The position numbers were made by a program, and so were the translations under genes. A stretch of 54,501 nt of DNA, the filler included, from Catajapyx aquilonaris (taxonomy: Eukaryota), in NCBI GenBank assembly GCA_000934665.2. It is 3 parts of 3 records of this genome, joined end to end, with 100 filler letters (N's around TTAATTAATTAA, not from the genome) between each part and the next. Parts side by side here need not be neighbours in the genome. Positions count along the whole stretch, not along the records: positions 18,193 to 36,306 come from KZ539592.1; positions 36,407 to 54,501 come from KZ539593.1; 1 more part is not named here. One strand, given 5' to 3'. The notes beneath the pieces are model-generated. The model did not search any database, was not told where the DNA came from, and saw nothing but the letters and a program-made list of their open reading frames with translations. Position 1 is the first letter of the stretch, and every line of letters begins with the position of its first letter. This document shows, one piece after another, positions 24,809-39,002 of this stretch.

Positions 24809-27800
24809 AATTAGTTTTGATAAATAATGGCAATGGACACATACGTCGCGCCAGATGACAGCCATGTTCACTCTAAGCGCACTTCATGCATTTACAGTGT
24901 ATGGGGCCTATCAACTTTGCGAACAAATGTAATATTGGTTCGAGAATCAAACTTCTATATGCGGACTGTGATTGGCGCAAACACTGTTGTTAGATATAGT
25001 GAAAGCATATTTCCCCAATAATACAACTGGGCGCGGTATACTATAATGAACGGAACCTACAATGTGGATTGTATTATAAAATTAGTTTAAATTTTGTCCA
25101 AAAATAACAAAGTAAATTGTGCATTTTAGCGTCAAAATATTCACGGTTAATTTTATATTATTAATAATAAAGTCCATATTTGGCAAGGCAAATATATACC
25201 CAACCATATAACCCTATTGTGATCACCTTTTCACATTCCAAAAAGGTACACAGTGTATTATGTATATTTCTGAAGCTGGATGCTATATGTTAGTAGCAGT
25301 AAATGAAGTTTCAGTGAATCTATGTAGCTCGTCTCATGCCATTTTAGAATATAAGAGTGATCGTGCTGAGCTCTTCCCCATTGCAGCACTCTGGCATAAA
25401 TCCCCTCTTTGATATGTCCATATGCGAAAAAGACAGGCAGGTCAAATTTGAAGACCCTCAGGAGATATCTATGACAGAAAGCTGAGCTATTATGCACGTG
25501 GCACATAACGGCCAGACTTTTCTGAAAAGGCCATCTTGTGTGCAAAAATATGTGACATCGAGTTGAAATGATTGTACAGTATAGCACTATGTGAACACGG
25601 TTCAGCATGTTACATTTATTATTTTAAACTTAACACTTCTGTTGATCGCCAGTATTGTTAGTGTTCATTCATGTTTGTATACAATAGTATAATAATGTTG
25701 CACAGAGGTGAGTTAATATTTGTGTTCCTTAATGGAGAGAGTGCAGGTTTATATTACGTCCATTTTTGGTCACAACTATGAAAGGGCACAAATTACACCA
25801 CGTACCATCAATCAATTCAGCAAAATTCGTGTTTCAAATCCGCAATTACAGAACCCTCCATTATTCGTAAACTCACTAACCAATATATTATTGCATAGTA
25901 CTGTCCCATAATTAAACGTATTGGGTTTAGGTATCAGCGCCTATTGTGACACGCCATATACCACTCACAGCACCCTGCCACACACCTATACAAAATCCAG
26001 TACCGCGGTAATGCATCCTATAAAATTATAGTCAACTTAGGCCTATCCTTGTTCTGCACCAGTATTATCCATAGCCTCATGTTGTTGCATTTGCTGCAAG
26101 GGCGAACGTAGCCAACTAACAAGCTCCACTACGATTTGACATGGATACCGGTCATTAGCTAGCCTGTGCAATAGCCCGAGTACTGCAGATTGGGCCAAAA
26201 TCGAGTTTATAGCAAAGGTCTGCAGCAAATGGTTTATAATGCGGCCGAAAGAAACCCGTCTGCTGGCCTTCTGCCACTGCAATTTGTAACAAGTTTGCAT
26301 GTGAAAAAAGGTGTGCCAATAGTAAAGTGTGGCTAGGATTACAATTTGAGGTTCTCATCAACAAACGGAGCCAGAGGGCGCCTCACACTTTCCCCATTGG
26401 CTGGAGTTGGGGTTCATCAAGATTTCTTTCAAATGTGTCATTTAAAAAATCTTACTGTCGCGAATAATCAAATTTATATCTGTAGATTAACCTAGATAGG
26501 TCTCAAGTAAGGTGATTTTCACATCCCCGTTTTAGCTCGACATAGTTTTGCCGAAGCTGACCGTGGTGTATGAGATTTATATTGAAACTTTGTTTCACAC
26601 CGAATGATCACACGCTGAGTTCTAGAGTAGGTCGCAATGCGGTTTGTTAATTTGCGGCATGTGATTACTGAAAGCAGCACCAGCCTCAAATTTAATGAAA
26701 CCGCTTTTCATATAAAATGTTGCACTTAACTTGAAACTCCCGTCAAACTGTACTGGCCAAACTTGCTATAAGCTCTCTCAAAAAAAAAACTGAAGAAAAA
26801 TGTCGATGGATTTTCCATAATATATAGAGACTCGAATTTTCTATAAACTTTTTTTTTTTNNNNNNNNNNNNNNNNNNNNNNNNNNNNNNNNNNNNNNNNN
26901 NNNNNNNNNNNNNNNNNNNNNNNNNNNNNNNTTCCCCCCCCCCCCCCCCTTGCTTTTTAGAGATGACCATTTCTCTCAAAATGAAATTACTCGTCTTGCT
27001 CATTGCCCGTGGATAAATTTTTTGTCAAAAGTGCAAAATCTAGTCGGGGCAGAAGCAATTTCAAGTCGCCCCTCCCCTTAAATTTAGTATGTGAAATATT
27101 TTTGCGGAAATAGTCCCATTACCACGCAGCATTTCATGCATTTAGATGCGGATGAGTTTGGAGGACACAATTTGCTTCCAAATTTCCTGTTTGCTTTGCC
27201 TGCCTCCCCATCTTTACATTCTCAAAATCTAGGCGATCTAGTTTTGCAATTTTACTGCCTTAGCAAAAGGTGCCCCCACTATCCTATCCCTCGACCTTGC
27301 CCCCTTGCTCAGTGCGACGCAACTATGGACAGGATTATAAAGTCGGAGCGGGATTATTTATGTTCACTACTTGGCTCTCAGGGCCTCTCCAAACTGCATG
27401 AATTAAGCTGATTCTAGGTTTAAGCCTGACTAGTTTCAGCATGTATTTAAAAAAAAAAATCAAAAAGCTTAGTCCATGTTATTTGGCCGGTTCCTAAGCG
27501 TCAGTACGTCAGCTGAGGCAGTTTCTGACGAACCCAGTGAAATAAGCTTATATGGTAACTATCAGGTAGGACTTTCAGTAGGGCTTTGGAAATAATTGCT
27601 CCCACATTTGGAGAGAGAAAAAAAAGTCCTATAAATGCCTCTATTGGCACACCTGCGGCTAGCAGTATTACAGTACTGAGTGCTAGGCTGGGCAGCGCAA
27701 AACGAGGGAACTCGATTGCTGGCAACCGTTCTCATACAGGCTAGTTGGCGAATTGCCCACAGGGAGCAGAAGGGTAGTAACACTAATGGGAGATGGTGCT

Positions 27801-30800
27801 TGCCGAGTGACCTGGGCCTATTGAGGTGCTATAGTAACGTAAATAAGTACCTGTTTACGTTACCTATACGTTACCTATATAATCAGATATTTCCCTTCAC
27901 TTTTTGTTGATACCGCTAGACCTTAGCTAGTGAATAACTACGTAATGTTGATACAGTAATCTATTATTAATACCCGACTGTCATGGAAACTCCTCCCGCT
28001 GCGCTGTGTACGGCCTACAGCATTGGGAGTGGTGTCAAAATTTTGCCCGCGTTTTCTATACTGTATTTGCAAACCACTTTTGCTTTTTGGAAATAGTGCC
28101 CACGGAATTTATAAAACGCAAAAAAAAAACTCGACGTCGCCAGTTCCACGGAATTCCCATTTCCGCCGCGCAGGGCGCCACCTGCTTGGTCGCCACTGCT
28201 CGCCACTCTCTTATTTCTGCACTTTACCGTCGGATGTCGCTTCGATGCTGCCGCCTTTATCATACTTTTGCCAAATTTTGGCAACCTGTGACTAGTTATT
28301 ATTACTTCATTACGATGTACTGGCATCATGAGGTCTATCAGCCGTACTCGTTATTATTTATAGGATTTTACATACTACTTTCATTTTTAAATGTTTAGTG
28401 CAGAATTTCACACAGAGAGGAATATTTTTGGGCTGGAGCAGTCAGATAGCTAGCGGGAATTCGGCATGGTGTCATTGTTTTGCTTAACACCGTTCATAAA
28501 TATTGTTAACTCATCGAAATACTGCCAGCAGCAATTGATTTTAATGTGGGCATAGAGCGCATAAACATACTCGGCAACTTTCATCACAATTAATGCATGT
28601 TCATTGCCTACCAACGCGTACATAAAATATCGACGGCATCTACTGTATTCCTCACCAAATTGTAGCGGAATAGTAATGTTCTCTGCAGCACGCTCTGGTT
28701 GAGCATTATTTTACCATGACAATACATACTCTCATCGAAAAAAAAGTCTTATAAAGAACGGCTCTGTCCGTCCGTCTGTAGACAAGTATCAGGGCCTAAA
28801 CAGCAAGAGATAGCGACAAACGGATTTCATATTCGGATTAAGCGTTCATGGCCAACTTCCGGTTTTCCGGGTTCACTCTATCCGCACAAGTCTACTTTAC
28901 GGGCGGTTTATCGTTAGATTTCGAAATTAGTTTCCGTTGATTCCTGACCGGATGTGTCCGGGATTTCCTCAGGGTTTTACCTGGCGCTCTGGCACAGGGG
29001 CTGTGGAATTTATTCCTGACGTTGTACATGTTTGCGATCCGCGTCCTCGGCCACCATGTTATCGCCCTGGACGATACTGGAATCGATACGCTGTACGGTA
29101 TATGTTACGATATCTCGGTATCAATACATCGATTCACATGCTCGTACTTGAAAGAATGAGAAAAAGTCTCATCGAATCACCCTCGCTTGATTTGACCATC
29201 TTGTTAGTTGAAGAAACATCCAATGAAAATTCACCATAATTTCCCACTTGATAATATCAACTCGGTACCAGTCACATTGAACTTTTTTTTAGCTTTACCC
29301 CATTAGAGGGAACAAAGCCCTTTTATGGGGGTGGATTACCACCATTACATGGAACCATATAAGTGTGATATACATACTTTTTCTGCCTTGTCGTTGCCTC
29401 CCCCTCCGCTGCCTCCTCCGGAGCTCTGAACAGTGTTCATCGTGAGATTCTGCTTGTTTCAGTAATAAGTGAGTGAGCAAGACTAGCAGGCTGGAAAGGC
29501 GATGGTGGCAGCCCGATGACAATACCGGCGACGAGAGAAGTGCTGACCAAACGCAGTAAATCGCGGCCCAAGCGGGGAAGAAACCGCACCAACGCAACTT
29601 TTGCATCAAGTTTTCATTTGGTTCTAAGCTAATGGACACCTGTAGAGCGAAAACAGCTGTAGTGCTGGCTACTTTTAAGCAGCGTATATGGGGGTTATCC
29701 ACTCGCCAGTACAGTGTACCAATATGCCGATTTTCGATATGGCAGGCGACAAACAGTATGTCGTCTGCCACTACGAGAACCAAACTTTTATATGGACAGA
29801 TTAGTGTCAGTCTGCCAACTGCAGGCTACAACCCTCAACTATCCAAGTCGTGGCTTAACCCCCTCTATAATAGTAACTGTGATCCCGACAAAATGTTCCG
29901 ACGCTATGTTACCAAGCAATAAAAAGGTATGATTACTCGGAGACTCCTGCATCGACGCTGTCAGCGTCTTCTCGCAAAACGATTGGACCAATAGGATGCG
30001 CCCGCGAGGAGTCGCATAGCAGGTTATACCTTCAGTTGATTGGCAATGTAGCTGCTAATTTTATCGAAACCAAAAGTTGCGCCAACACTCAACACCAGTT
30101 AGGTCGCAGGTTGCTTCTTCGCATCAGATAAATCAATGCGCTTCTTTTCAAATCGTGTGAATCTATTCATAAAAATATGCTAAAAATATGCGTCTAAAAA
30201 ATCAGTGGCAACAGGTGCTACTAATCATTCAACTGTATAGTGCCTTGTCAAAATATGGCAATTCTATTGGTATCGTTAAGTTGTTAGCTTCAATGAAACG
30301 TGGGAAGAGCACGCTTTGGGGGCTATTTCTTGCGGTACCGTTTGATTCAAGGCCAGGTGGGCCAATCACGACAAGGTTTCTGCCACAACTAGGTGGACTG
30401 AGAAATTATAATAATTATTACACGAAGCGTTTGTGATTTTTGACGCTTTGTTCTAAGTGGAGAGTTTAGCTTTCTAGAAACTCCGGCATTAGTTACGAAG
30501 CGGTTAGCTGCATCCGACATTTTGTTCCAAATTAAGCGTAGTTTGTACTGCAAATTTTCGAAATGAGCTAAACTGCGTAAGCTAGGTTAAGTCAGCGTCG
30601 AAATGAGCATTTGGCCTCTAAAGCACTCCAATATCAAACCATCTTGCCCTACTAGCATCTAAATTGGTGCTTGTCACTGAGAATTTGGCATACAAGTTAT
30701 ACCATTATACGGTCATAAGCGATATGCTGAAATGTGACAGAATCGTACTGTAGTCTACGCGAATTACAAGTGGCATATAATGCACTTTGCGTAATTAAAA

Positions 30801-31436
30801 TTACTGTAGGTACCAGACGCAGAAATGCTGATTCATTTAAATACACCCCTCTAGTCAAAGTTGTTGTAAAGGTAATTAACTAATGACATCACTGTATGAC
30901 ATGCACATATAATTTTATAACGCAGTACAGGGCCTATTATAAGAGCTAAAAAAAACACGTGGGATTTTAAATATTTCATCTGGTACGCATAATCTATAGT
31001 CCACCTAATAGCCGGCTCTGACAACAATATGCAAATAGTCCCTTCCTTTCAGGCGATGCCTCCAAATAATGAACACGTCAGAAACAAAAGAGGGCAAATT
31101 GTATCCTGCCAGCACTAATAAGTCGTTTTCGCATTCGCTCATTTGTTAGTCGCGTTCATTCATTTACGGCAGCCCTATTATACCGGCATAAAATGATTCT
31201 TGCTAAGTTTATCAATAGCACCCCCCCCCCCCACTATGGGCCATCTACAGTATACAAACCAGCTTTTCACCCGATAAACATGCCTTTGACGGGTTTTTGT
31301 ACCCCCCGCAATTATGACACAATCAGGTCCTATCCGTCGTGCTTACACATGTCAGCAACTGCAGTCCACATCTTAAGTCCTACCAAATCAATCCTCGTGT
31401 TTGCCGGTACTATCACCCAAACAAGGATTGTCGCGA

Positions 31437-31553
31437 GTTATCCTGTTGAATTCAACCCATTGCACAGATGTGTGTTGCTTTGCTCGGCATCCTTAGCTGT
31501 CTTTGTGGACACACACAATGCACACCTGTGCAATGGGTTGAATCCAGGATAAC
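31437..31553. repeat. Small hairpin / MITE-like inverted repeat
   Basis: Arms gttatcctg..attcaacccattgcacag. Confidence 0.6.
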
Positions 31554-32604
31554 CAGGTTCGGGCCATACATCGGACCTACTGCATGTTCGACTGAAGATA
31601 CTGCAAAATGCAAATTTCTCGGGCTCACTTCGGCGGAAATTATTTGCACGTACCACTGAGGGATTTACGGTGGTCGATGGCCAAGGTGAGGTTCAGATTA
31701 GGGCTAAAGTGGGTGACGAAAACCACCGACTTGCCATGTTGACGAAACCGGTCTCATGCATAATTATGGGTCGGGGCTGAAACCACGTGGCTCACCGGTG
31801 CGCGAAGAAGCAACCTGCCCTATCAACCTGATCCCCCCTACACACGACCTACTCTACAGAAGACACAACTACACAGGGGTTGGTCACAACAAGAGCCATG
31901 ATGTGTACCGGGCCGGCTCTGGTCGGGGGGCCACTGTCATCTTCTGCCCCCATACTACGAGTCACACCGGTCCGTTTTAACAAGTCTGATGAACCGCACT
32001 CATCACTCGCACCTTGCTTTTCAAAATCCCCCCCCTTTTCCTACTGGCAGCCTGACTGGCTGCCTATCTATCCCCTACTGCGGATATGCTGCTCTGGGCG
32101 CCGACCCTCTTCCCTCCCCGCCATCCCCCCCACTCCTCCAGACCCACCCATCCAACCTACCGACGCCGCCGCACCCGACCCACCGACGACTTCCACGCTC
32201 CCACCCTTCCATTTCCCACGCCGCATTGGGCTTCTATCCTGCATATGTTCCACGCACAATATGAAGAATTTGGTATAAACTAATATGTCTGACATCCTGT
32301 AATTGGATAGGAAATGGCCGCTAGGGATTGACTCATGTTACAAAATTGTCCCTTGGAAGCGTGCAAAGGAGCAATAAATATGGAAGACACGTGAACGGAT
32401 ATTTGCCACCGCGGGGCTTACAGTCGACGCAATAACAGGGGGGTATGAACATGACGCAAACAATGTACAGTACCGGCCAGGGTGTTCCAATTTCGTGGGT
32501 CGTTTATAGTTATCATTGATATCGCCCGAAGTAGTTATTTTTCAGTAGCTTGTTTTGGCCCATTCATTTCAGGTGGTCCAATATAGCAGTTTCAATAGAA
32601 TAGG

Positions 32605-33510
32605 CAGAGATGGACAGTATTTAAATACAAATGTATTTAAATACTTTTTTGGTATTTAGAGATGTATTTATAACTAAATTGGTGCTCCTGTATTTGAATA
32701 CTGTATTTCAATACATTTCTGGGTATTTAAATACTGTATTTCAATACATTTCTGGGTATTTTAATACTGTATTTCAATGCATTTCTGAGTATTGAAATAC
32801 TGTATTTCAATACATATCGTAAATACTTTCCCTAACTCCCTTTTAATATTTATATTTGCGTAATATTCTTCATTCTGGATCCTAAATGGATATAAAAGTA
32901 GAAATCTGTTATGTTTTCTTATTTTTATCCAAAGAATGGGCGGAATTTTCGTCCCACTGCTATAGTTACTGCTAACTTAGCAGTACCATTGTACTGTACT
33001 GGTACTGCTAAGTTAGCAGTAACTAGCAGTGGGACGAAAATTCCGCTCAATGATGGTAAGAAATTAATAGTTGCACATTAACAAAAAAATGTATTTGAAA
33101 TGTATTGTGTCATAAGTTATGATGTACGAGTTAGTATTTACGTATTACGTATTAGTATTACGTAGTATCTAATTACTTTCTGATGCAGTATTTAGTATTG
33201 TAATATATTGTATGTATTGTATGTATGTAATGTATGCAATGTATGTATGTAATGTATGCAATGTATGTATGCAATGTATGCAATGTATGTATGTAATTAT
33301 GCAATGTATGTATGTAATTATGCAATGTATGTAATGTATGCAATGTATTGTAATGTAATTAGTAATGTCATGTGTAATGAGTTATGATGTATTTAGTATT
33401 TAGTAATGACTTTCTGATGCAGTATTTAGTATTTAGCATTTAATTACATTTTTATGCAGTAGTTAGTATTTAGTGCTTAATTACATTCAAGTATTCAGTG
33501 CACATCACTG
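32605..33510. mobile_element. hAT-type non-autonomous element filled with short tandem repeats
   Basis: Ends cagagatg / catcactg, perfect 8-bp TSD agaatagg at 32597-32604 and 33511-33518. Confidence 0.85.
32938..33048. mobile_element. 111-bp hairpin MITE nested in the hAT element
   Basis: Arms gggcggaattttcgtcccactgcta..., aat on both sides. A related end occurs at ~34064-34082. Confidence 0.75.
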
Positions 33511-34257
33511 AGAATAGGGCACAACAAGCTACAAAAAATAACAGTTTCGAGCGAACCTATAACTAAAAGGCCCCACAAACTTGGAACACCATGTATTATG
33601 TGCGTCTTATTTCTACGATGATCTGTCCTCGCTGCACATTTTGCTGGGTATTTGACCCATGTTGGCATCGGTCCCACATCCAACGTTAGATTGCCCTCTG
33701 CTGTTGGCTCTGAACTGACGGAGGACTGATCATACGATTCGATCTGACCTAGGAGTCGACGTTTTGCAGGATTTTTAACCCCACTTTTGCAGTTTAAGGA
33801 CGGCACGTGGAGGGCGCAATCGTGTCGAGATTGAAAACTGACGAAAATCTGACAGACCCACCGGCTGTACCTTATTACAGGAATACCACTCGACTAAATC
33901 TGTAATCCTTCTTAATGAGCGCTATAAAAGCTGGCTATGAACTTAACAATTAATAATAATGGCAACTCCGTACCTGAACCATGAGCAGGTGCAACCACCC
34001 CTAAGTGTCTACTAGCATCATGTTAGTGCTAGTCAGGATAGTTGTTGATAGCGGTACTGATAAGTAGCAGTGGGACGAAAATATCATTAATGTAAGGCCC
34101 CATTTTATTTTTAAAATGAGGAGAAATCTCCTATGATGTGTAGGTATTGTACTCATAAAGATTAGCCTATACTAATAATCCAACATGTTAGCTCTTCAGT
34201 ACTTGCGATGTACTGTACACCACGATTTTATTATGTGCCGGGGGTATATTAGCATAT

Positions 34258-34543
34258 GGGGGAGGCGGAGTGGTGCTGCGGTAACGTATGCGCCCACGGA
34301 TGTTAAGGTCCCGGGTTCGATCCCAACCCGGGGACACCCCCTTCATCTCGTGCAGAGTTCAGAGTCACCTCTGGCTTCGTCTCGGGTGGTATTTCCACAG
34401 ACTAAACCACCCGGGGGAGTTCACTAAAAATGGCCACATAAAGACATTGCACTGCACCTTGCACATCCCCTCCTGTCATCCTGCCCGTGGGCCCGGGCGC
34501 TACGTAAAAATAAGGCTCAAATGTACTTGATGTAATAAATAAA
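34258..34543 (+). mobile_element. tRNA-derived SINE family B
   Basis: Colinear similarity to 5526-5826, taaa tail. Confidence 0.85.
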
Positions 34544-34586
34544 GGTCCGTGCTGCATACCTCAGATGAGGTCAAGCACTACCCCGG

Positions 34587-34587
<1 letters not shown>

Positions 34588-34639
<52 letters not shown>
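34588..34639. repeat. (ATT)n microsatellite
   Basis: Read directly from the sequence. Confidence 0.95.
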
Positions 34640-34640
<1 letters not shown>

Positions 34641-34748
34641 CCCACTGTGAGTATCAGAAGACAAGGCATTTATTTGCACAATCATGTTTTATCCCGACGT
34701 ATCACTGTACTACTTCCCCAGCCAGTACTACTACTTGGGGAGCTGGTA

Positions 34749-35027
34749 CAGTGGTGGACATTAATCGCTTCATACTGCTTGCGACATTTTCTGATGCGAC
34801 AGATGTGAAAATCGAAGTGAGAGAGTGTGAGCCATGCGAGAAAGAAATGGTAGGCCTTGGGTGACGTCACTGGCTGGGGACAAGCCTTTTCTCCATTGTC
34901 CCCCCAGCCGGTGACGTCACTCAAGGCCTACCTCTTCTTACTCGCACTGCTCATCACTTCGATTAGCACGTCCTCCGCATCGGAAAATGTCGCGCTAGCA
35001 GCATGACGGAATTAATGTCCAGCACTG
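34749..35027. mobile_element. Foldback MITE with TA TSD
   Basis: Imperfect inverted arms of ~130 bp, ta|cagtg ... cactg|ta. Confidence 0.8.
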
Positions 35028-35544
35028 TACACAAACCGCTATGCGCTACTTTTCGAACGAAAAGTAGCAACTCGGGAGTTAGTACCAGGCTTAGCCTACT
35101 GTATACACTGTATGCCAAAGTTTTTAAAAAACTGAGAATGGCTAACTTTTACAAATGATTATTTTATGGTAAACTATTATGAGATATGATAAATCGAATG
35201 TTTTGTCAGCATTTCTCACAAGTACAGGACCAAGAATTCTCTCTCTCCTGAATAGGCCTAACAAGCAACAACTTCATGTTTTTTAAAAATGGAAAAACTT
35301 CTCATGTAATATAGGTCAATATTTAAAGGAGCAAAAGTACTGAAACGAAAGTTGTTTTTTCAACCATAATTTGAGGAGTGTGGTGGAAAAACGTGACAAC
35401 CCTCCTTTTTGTCATTTTTGACCTGAACACCTAGCAACTATGCCAAAGACATGACAAACAGTTTGGTATGCTCCAAGTTCACGTATCATGCACGAGACAG
35501 CAACAAGGCCTAGATCAAAACCAGCATTACCTATGATTTGTGAA

Positions 35545-35608
<64 letters not shown>

Positions 35609-35888
35609 TCATACCCCGTTATCAGCTGGCGGCTCTTTAGGGGGGAGTTTTTTTTTGTTTTGACTGGAACTCTTTCTTTGCATTTTTACTTCGCTTTTGG
35701 GGATAGGATAGGGACGGAAGGAAGCGGCTGTGGCCTATTATTTTTAGGAAACAACCCCGGCATTTACCTGGAGGGAACGTGGGAAACCACAGAAAACCAC
35801 GGTTAGGGTTGCCGGCCCCGGGGATCGAACCCAGGACCTCCCGATTAGCAGTCGGATACTATATCCCCTCCGCCACCACTGCTTCGGT
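35545..35888 (-). mobile_element. tRNA-derived SINE family A with long (AAT)n tail
   Basis: Aligns by eye with the other family A copies. About 20 AAT units at 35545-35607 form its 3' tail. Confidence 0.9.
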
Positions 35889-36306
35889 GATTTACTAGTT
35901 ATTAGCCAAATGTTACAAGCATATGTTCACAATGTAGGAATCAAATAAATTATCCACCTTCATAAGTTTACACACTTGCAAGAGTGTTAAATAAGTTTAT
36001 CACAAAATATGCGTAAAATTGCCGGTTCACAATATTATTTTCTAAATTGCAAAGAGAGAAATGATAAAGCATCGGAACTAGTTTCACGTCTCATTTGGCA
36101 TCAATTTAGAGTATAATAATATATAGTGTATAAATTTAGTGTACCGTATATGAGGAGCTTGCCAGCAAAACCAGTTCAATCCACAATTTGCAATTTTTCA
36201 GGAGGAGCAAATAAGTGATTACTCAATGCTGGTGGCAAAAGTGGCAGTGAAGTTGTCATGGGCAGTATGCTATAGGGGTTGCCATTATGTAGACACAATT
36301 GTTTTA

Positions 36307-36406
36307 NNNNNNNNNNNNNNNNNNNNNNNNNNNNNNNNNNNNNNNNNNNNTTAATTAATTAANNNNNNNNNNNNNNNNNNNNNNNNNNNNNNNNNNNNNN
36401 NNNNNN
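36307..36406. other. Artificial scaffold spacer (44 N + TTAATTAATTAA + 44 N)
   Basis: Identical design to 18093-18192. Confidence 0.97.
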
Positions 36407-37418
36407 TCGTGACTTGCCTCAAAGATAGTTGCACTATCATGATCGAATATAGTAGATAAAGTGGGCTGGCTTCATAACTGAGGGAGTACTGGAACCAGTG
36501 GAACGTATGTGCTCTCGACTTCGGCTTACCGAGTGCCTGACTGATTGACTTCAGTGCATTTTCTGCTTTTATATTTTTCTGTTAGTCTAACTAGTTATAC
36601 CAGGTTATACTAAGCCAAGTACAGCCAAGAGGGAGGGGCACAATTTTATTAGGCTCTTGTTCTTGACAGTAATAGTTATGCTGGTAGTCTCGTGCTGAGG
36701 ATTATCGGTTGGGTGTGTGGTATCAGCTAGGTAGGGCCTATAGCTGTGGATGTGTGCTGAGAGTTTAATGCATTGGGATTATCTGAGAGTTTAATACGCA
36801 CCACTGTAGGGTGCATTCATGTTGAGTAAAGCATAATTAAAACCTTGATTAAAACCTTGTTAGTTGAATTCTTCCCTGGAGTTTCTTTTAAACCTGTACG
36901 ACTTAATTCCACTTCACTTAAGTTCAACCACTACTATACCTGTGATATGGCATGAATTGCATGACATCATTTATCAGCAGTATGAAGTGTTTGACCTATC
37001 CATTGTTGAGCACTTACGTGATATTTACGTTAGTAATTAGAGCCAAACAAATAGCTTCCCCTTTGTTTCATTTTCCTTAGTGGCATGTAGAGTCAGCACT
37101 CGAAAGAGCCGGATACTTAACCTGTAGGCCTAATATACATCATTTCTGATTTTTTGGTGCACGGGTCATGTACGTAAACGCTGTGAAACAATTAATTTAA
37201 ATTGAAAAACATTGACTTATTTGCACGAGTGGCTGCGGGCTGAGGGGCTAACCCCACCCCGAGCCAACAGATGGCGCGCGCGGCAGCTTCGTCAGTTTTC
37301 TGTAGAGGGAGTGTCCCATATTAGCGAAGCGCGTTAATAATATTTGACATCACACCTGGAAGGGCTGCAAAGTGCACAGATGAGAAGTTAGGCAGAAAAT
37401 AATCAAAAAAACTTTCAG

Positions 37419-37583
37419 CTATGCATGACGCCTCTTCACTGGGCTGTGGAACGGGGTCATCTGGAAACAGCAGAGATGCTGCTTCGGCATGGAGCCAATG
37501 TGAATGCCTTGAGTAAATTTGACAAGACTCCCTTGGATATTGCCATTGATAATCATAATGAAGAGTTGGTGGTATTGCTACAG
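37419..37583 (+). CDS. GABPB: GA-binding protein beta-like, ankyrin-repeat exon ([14 protein letters not shown]...[11 protein letters not shown])
   Basis: Acceptor actttcag at 37418, donor cag|gtaagt at 37584, 55 codons. Matches GABP-beta ankyrin motifs MTxLHWA and SKFxKT. Upstream exons lie outside this contig. Confidence 0.9.
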
Positions 37584-37749
37584 GTAAGTACTACAATTAT
37601 ACCTCATGTTTATGTATAATGGCAATCCCATTCATATTTGAAAAAATATATATCTCCATTGTTTAAATTCCATTTTAATGTAGCTGTTAAGCATGGAATA
37701 TGCATGATATTATTGTGCTTACAAAGTGAAGCACATAATAGCCTTAATT

Positions 37750-38912
37750 GAGGGGGAGGTGTGGTGGCCGAGATGGTAACGTCTCGGCTTGCTGAGTGAA
37801 AGGCCCCAGGTTCGATCCCCGCCTGGGGAACTTCCTTTCCTGCGTCAGGAGGGTCAAAGCCTACATAACTAATAACCTGAACTCTCCCTATGCCACCGAT
37901 TGTTTCCTGCTCTGCTCGCGCCCCTGGCAACCGGTGTGCAAAGCAACCCGATTCGATACTGCTTCTGATGCGATAATTTACACGATACGATACTGACACG
38001 ATACGATATTGCCACTATCAATAACCCAAGGGCGAAATAACCCCAACCTACATATTCTTATTCTTCATGCTGCATCTGATGAATGGTACCTGTATTAACT
38101 GTTGGTGAACAGACTACTGGGGGGAGAAGACAGGAATACACGTTACACTGAAATAATTAACTGCAAATTTATATGAGCATAGCTGGTTTATTGATTTTGT
38201 CATTTTTACAAAGCTGTCTGTTCTTGTACAATAAAATATGATACCCTTACCTTCACAAAGTATGCCATCATAGTATCTTCAGGATAATTGGGGCTTTTGA
38301 CTTTGTTCAACAAAATTCTATGAATCCTTTTCAAGCCGCCTGTTCTGTGCAAGTACTTGCTACTGTACCATGATTCGAATTCGAACGTCTGGGAGAGGGA
38401 ACGGCAGCTACGCCATCTCAGTGACGTCACCGGAAGTCCCTTTCATTTACTCGCAAAACCTAATAATAATAACAATAATAATAAATATTACTTTAATAAT
38501 TCTTTTTATCACTCTATTGTAATATTATTATGTAGGCTTTGATTATTATGTTGTTTTATTGTGTAGGCAATTGGCAGAACATCCGCTGCGCCATGGCGCC
38601 ATCTCAGTGATGCGGCCGGTGTGCTAAGTAAAAGTAGGCAATAGAATAACTTGGAGAGTTCAGGCTATTTATTATGTAGGCTTTGGGGAGGGTCTCTGAC
38701 CTGTACCAAGGAGGTGTCTGGCAACCTAACCTCCTGGGGGACTGCACATGGCCCAAAGGCTAGGACATTGCACCTGCACTAGTGTCCCCTCCCCAACAAT
38801 CCCTATCCCTACCTATATCCCGAAAGTAAAATGGAAAATTATTTCTAAAATGGTGGTAATCCACTCCCCTATAAACCCCAATCGGGTTATCACGGGGTAA
38901 TAGAAAAAAAAG
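37750..38912 (+). mobile_element. SINE family C, split by a DNA transposon
   Basis: 5' part 37750-37854 and 3' part 38686-38912 join to match the intact copy at 52634. TSD tagccttaatt at 37739-37749 and 38913-38923. Confidence 0.9.
37855..38685. mobile_element. P-like non-autonomous transposon inserted in SINE C
   Basis: TIR of ~33 bp caaagcctacataa...cctgaactctcc, flanks aggagggt / gggagggt. The intact SINE at ~52733-52745 shows the empty site. Confidence 0.85.
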
Positions 38913-39002
38913 TAGCCTTAATTAATCACTATTCTGAAAGTATGCACAAATATTTTGTACACTAATATATCTGTGCCAGGACCCAGGAGCAGCAGAAATA
39001 TA

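Noticed and set aside
25258..25608. Possible Tc1-like transposase remnant (VFFAYGHIKEGIY)
   Set aside because: Only a weak resemblance to DFFLWGxxKxxVY, with no TIRs or further motifs found.
27518..27562. Minimal hammerhead-like string ctgacga-acccagt-gaaa-taagcttata
   Set aside because: The core and a palindromic stem III are present, but stem I cannot pair next to the core and stem II is only 2 bp.
32620..32820. CRISPR-like repeat array
   Set aside because: Units are directly tandem with no unique spacers, lie inside a hAT element, and the context is eukaryotic.
33600..33830. GC-balanced stretch considered as a structured ncRNA (RNase P/MRP, 7SK, U3)
   Set aside because: None of the conserved boxes of these RNAs was found on either strand.
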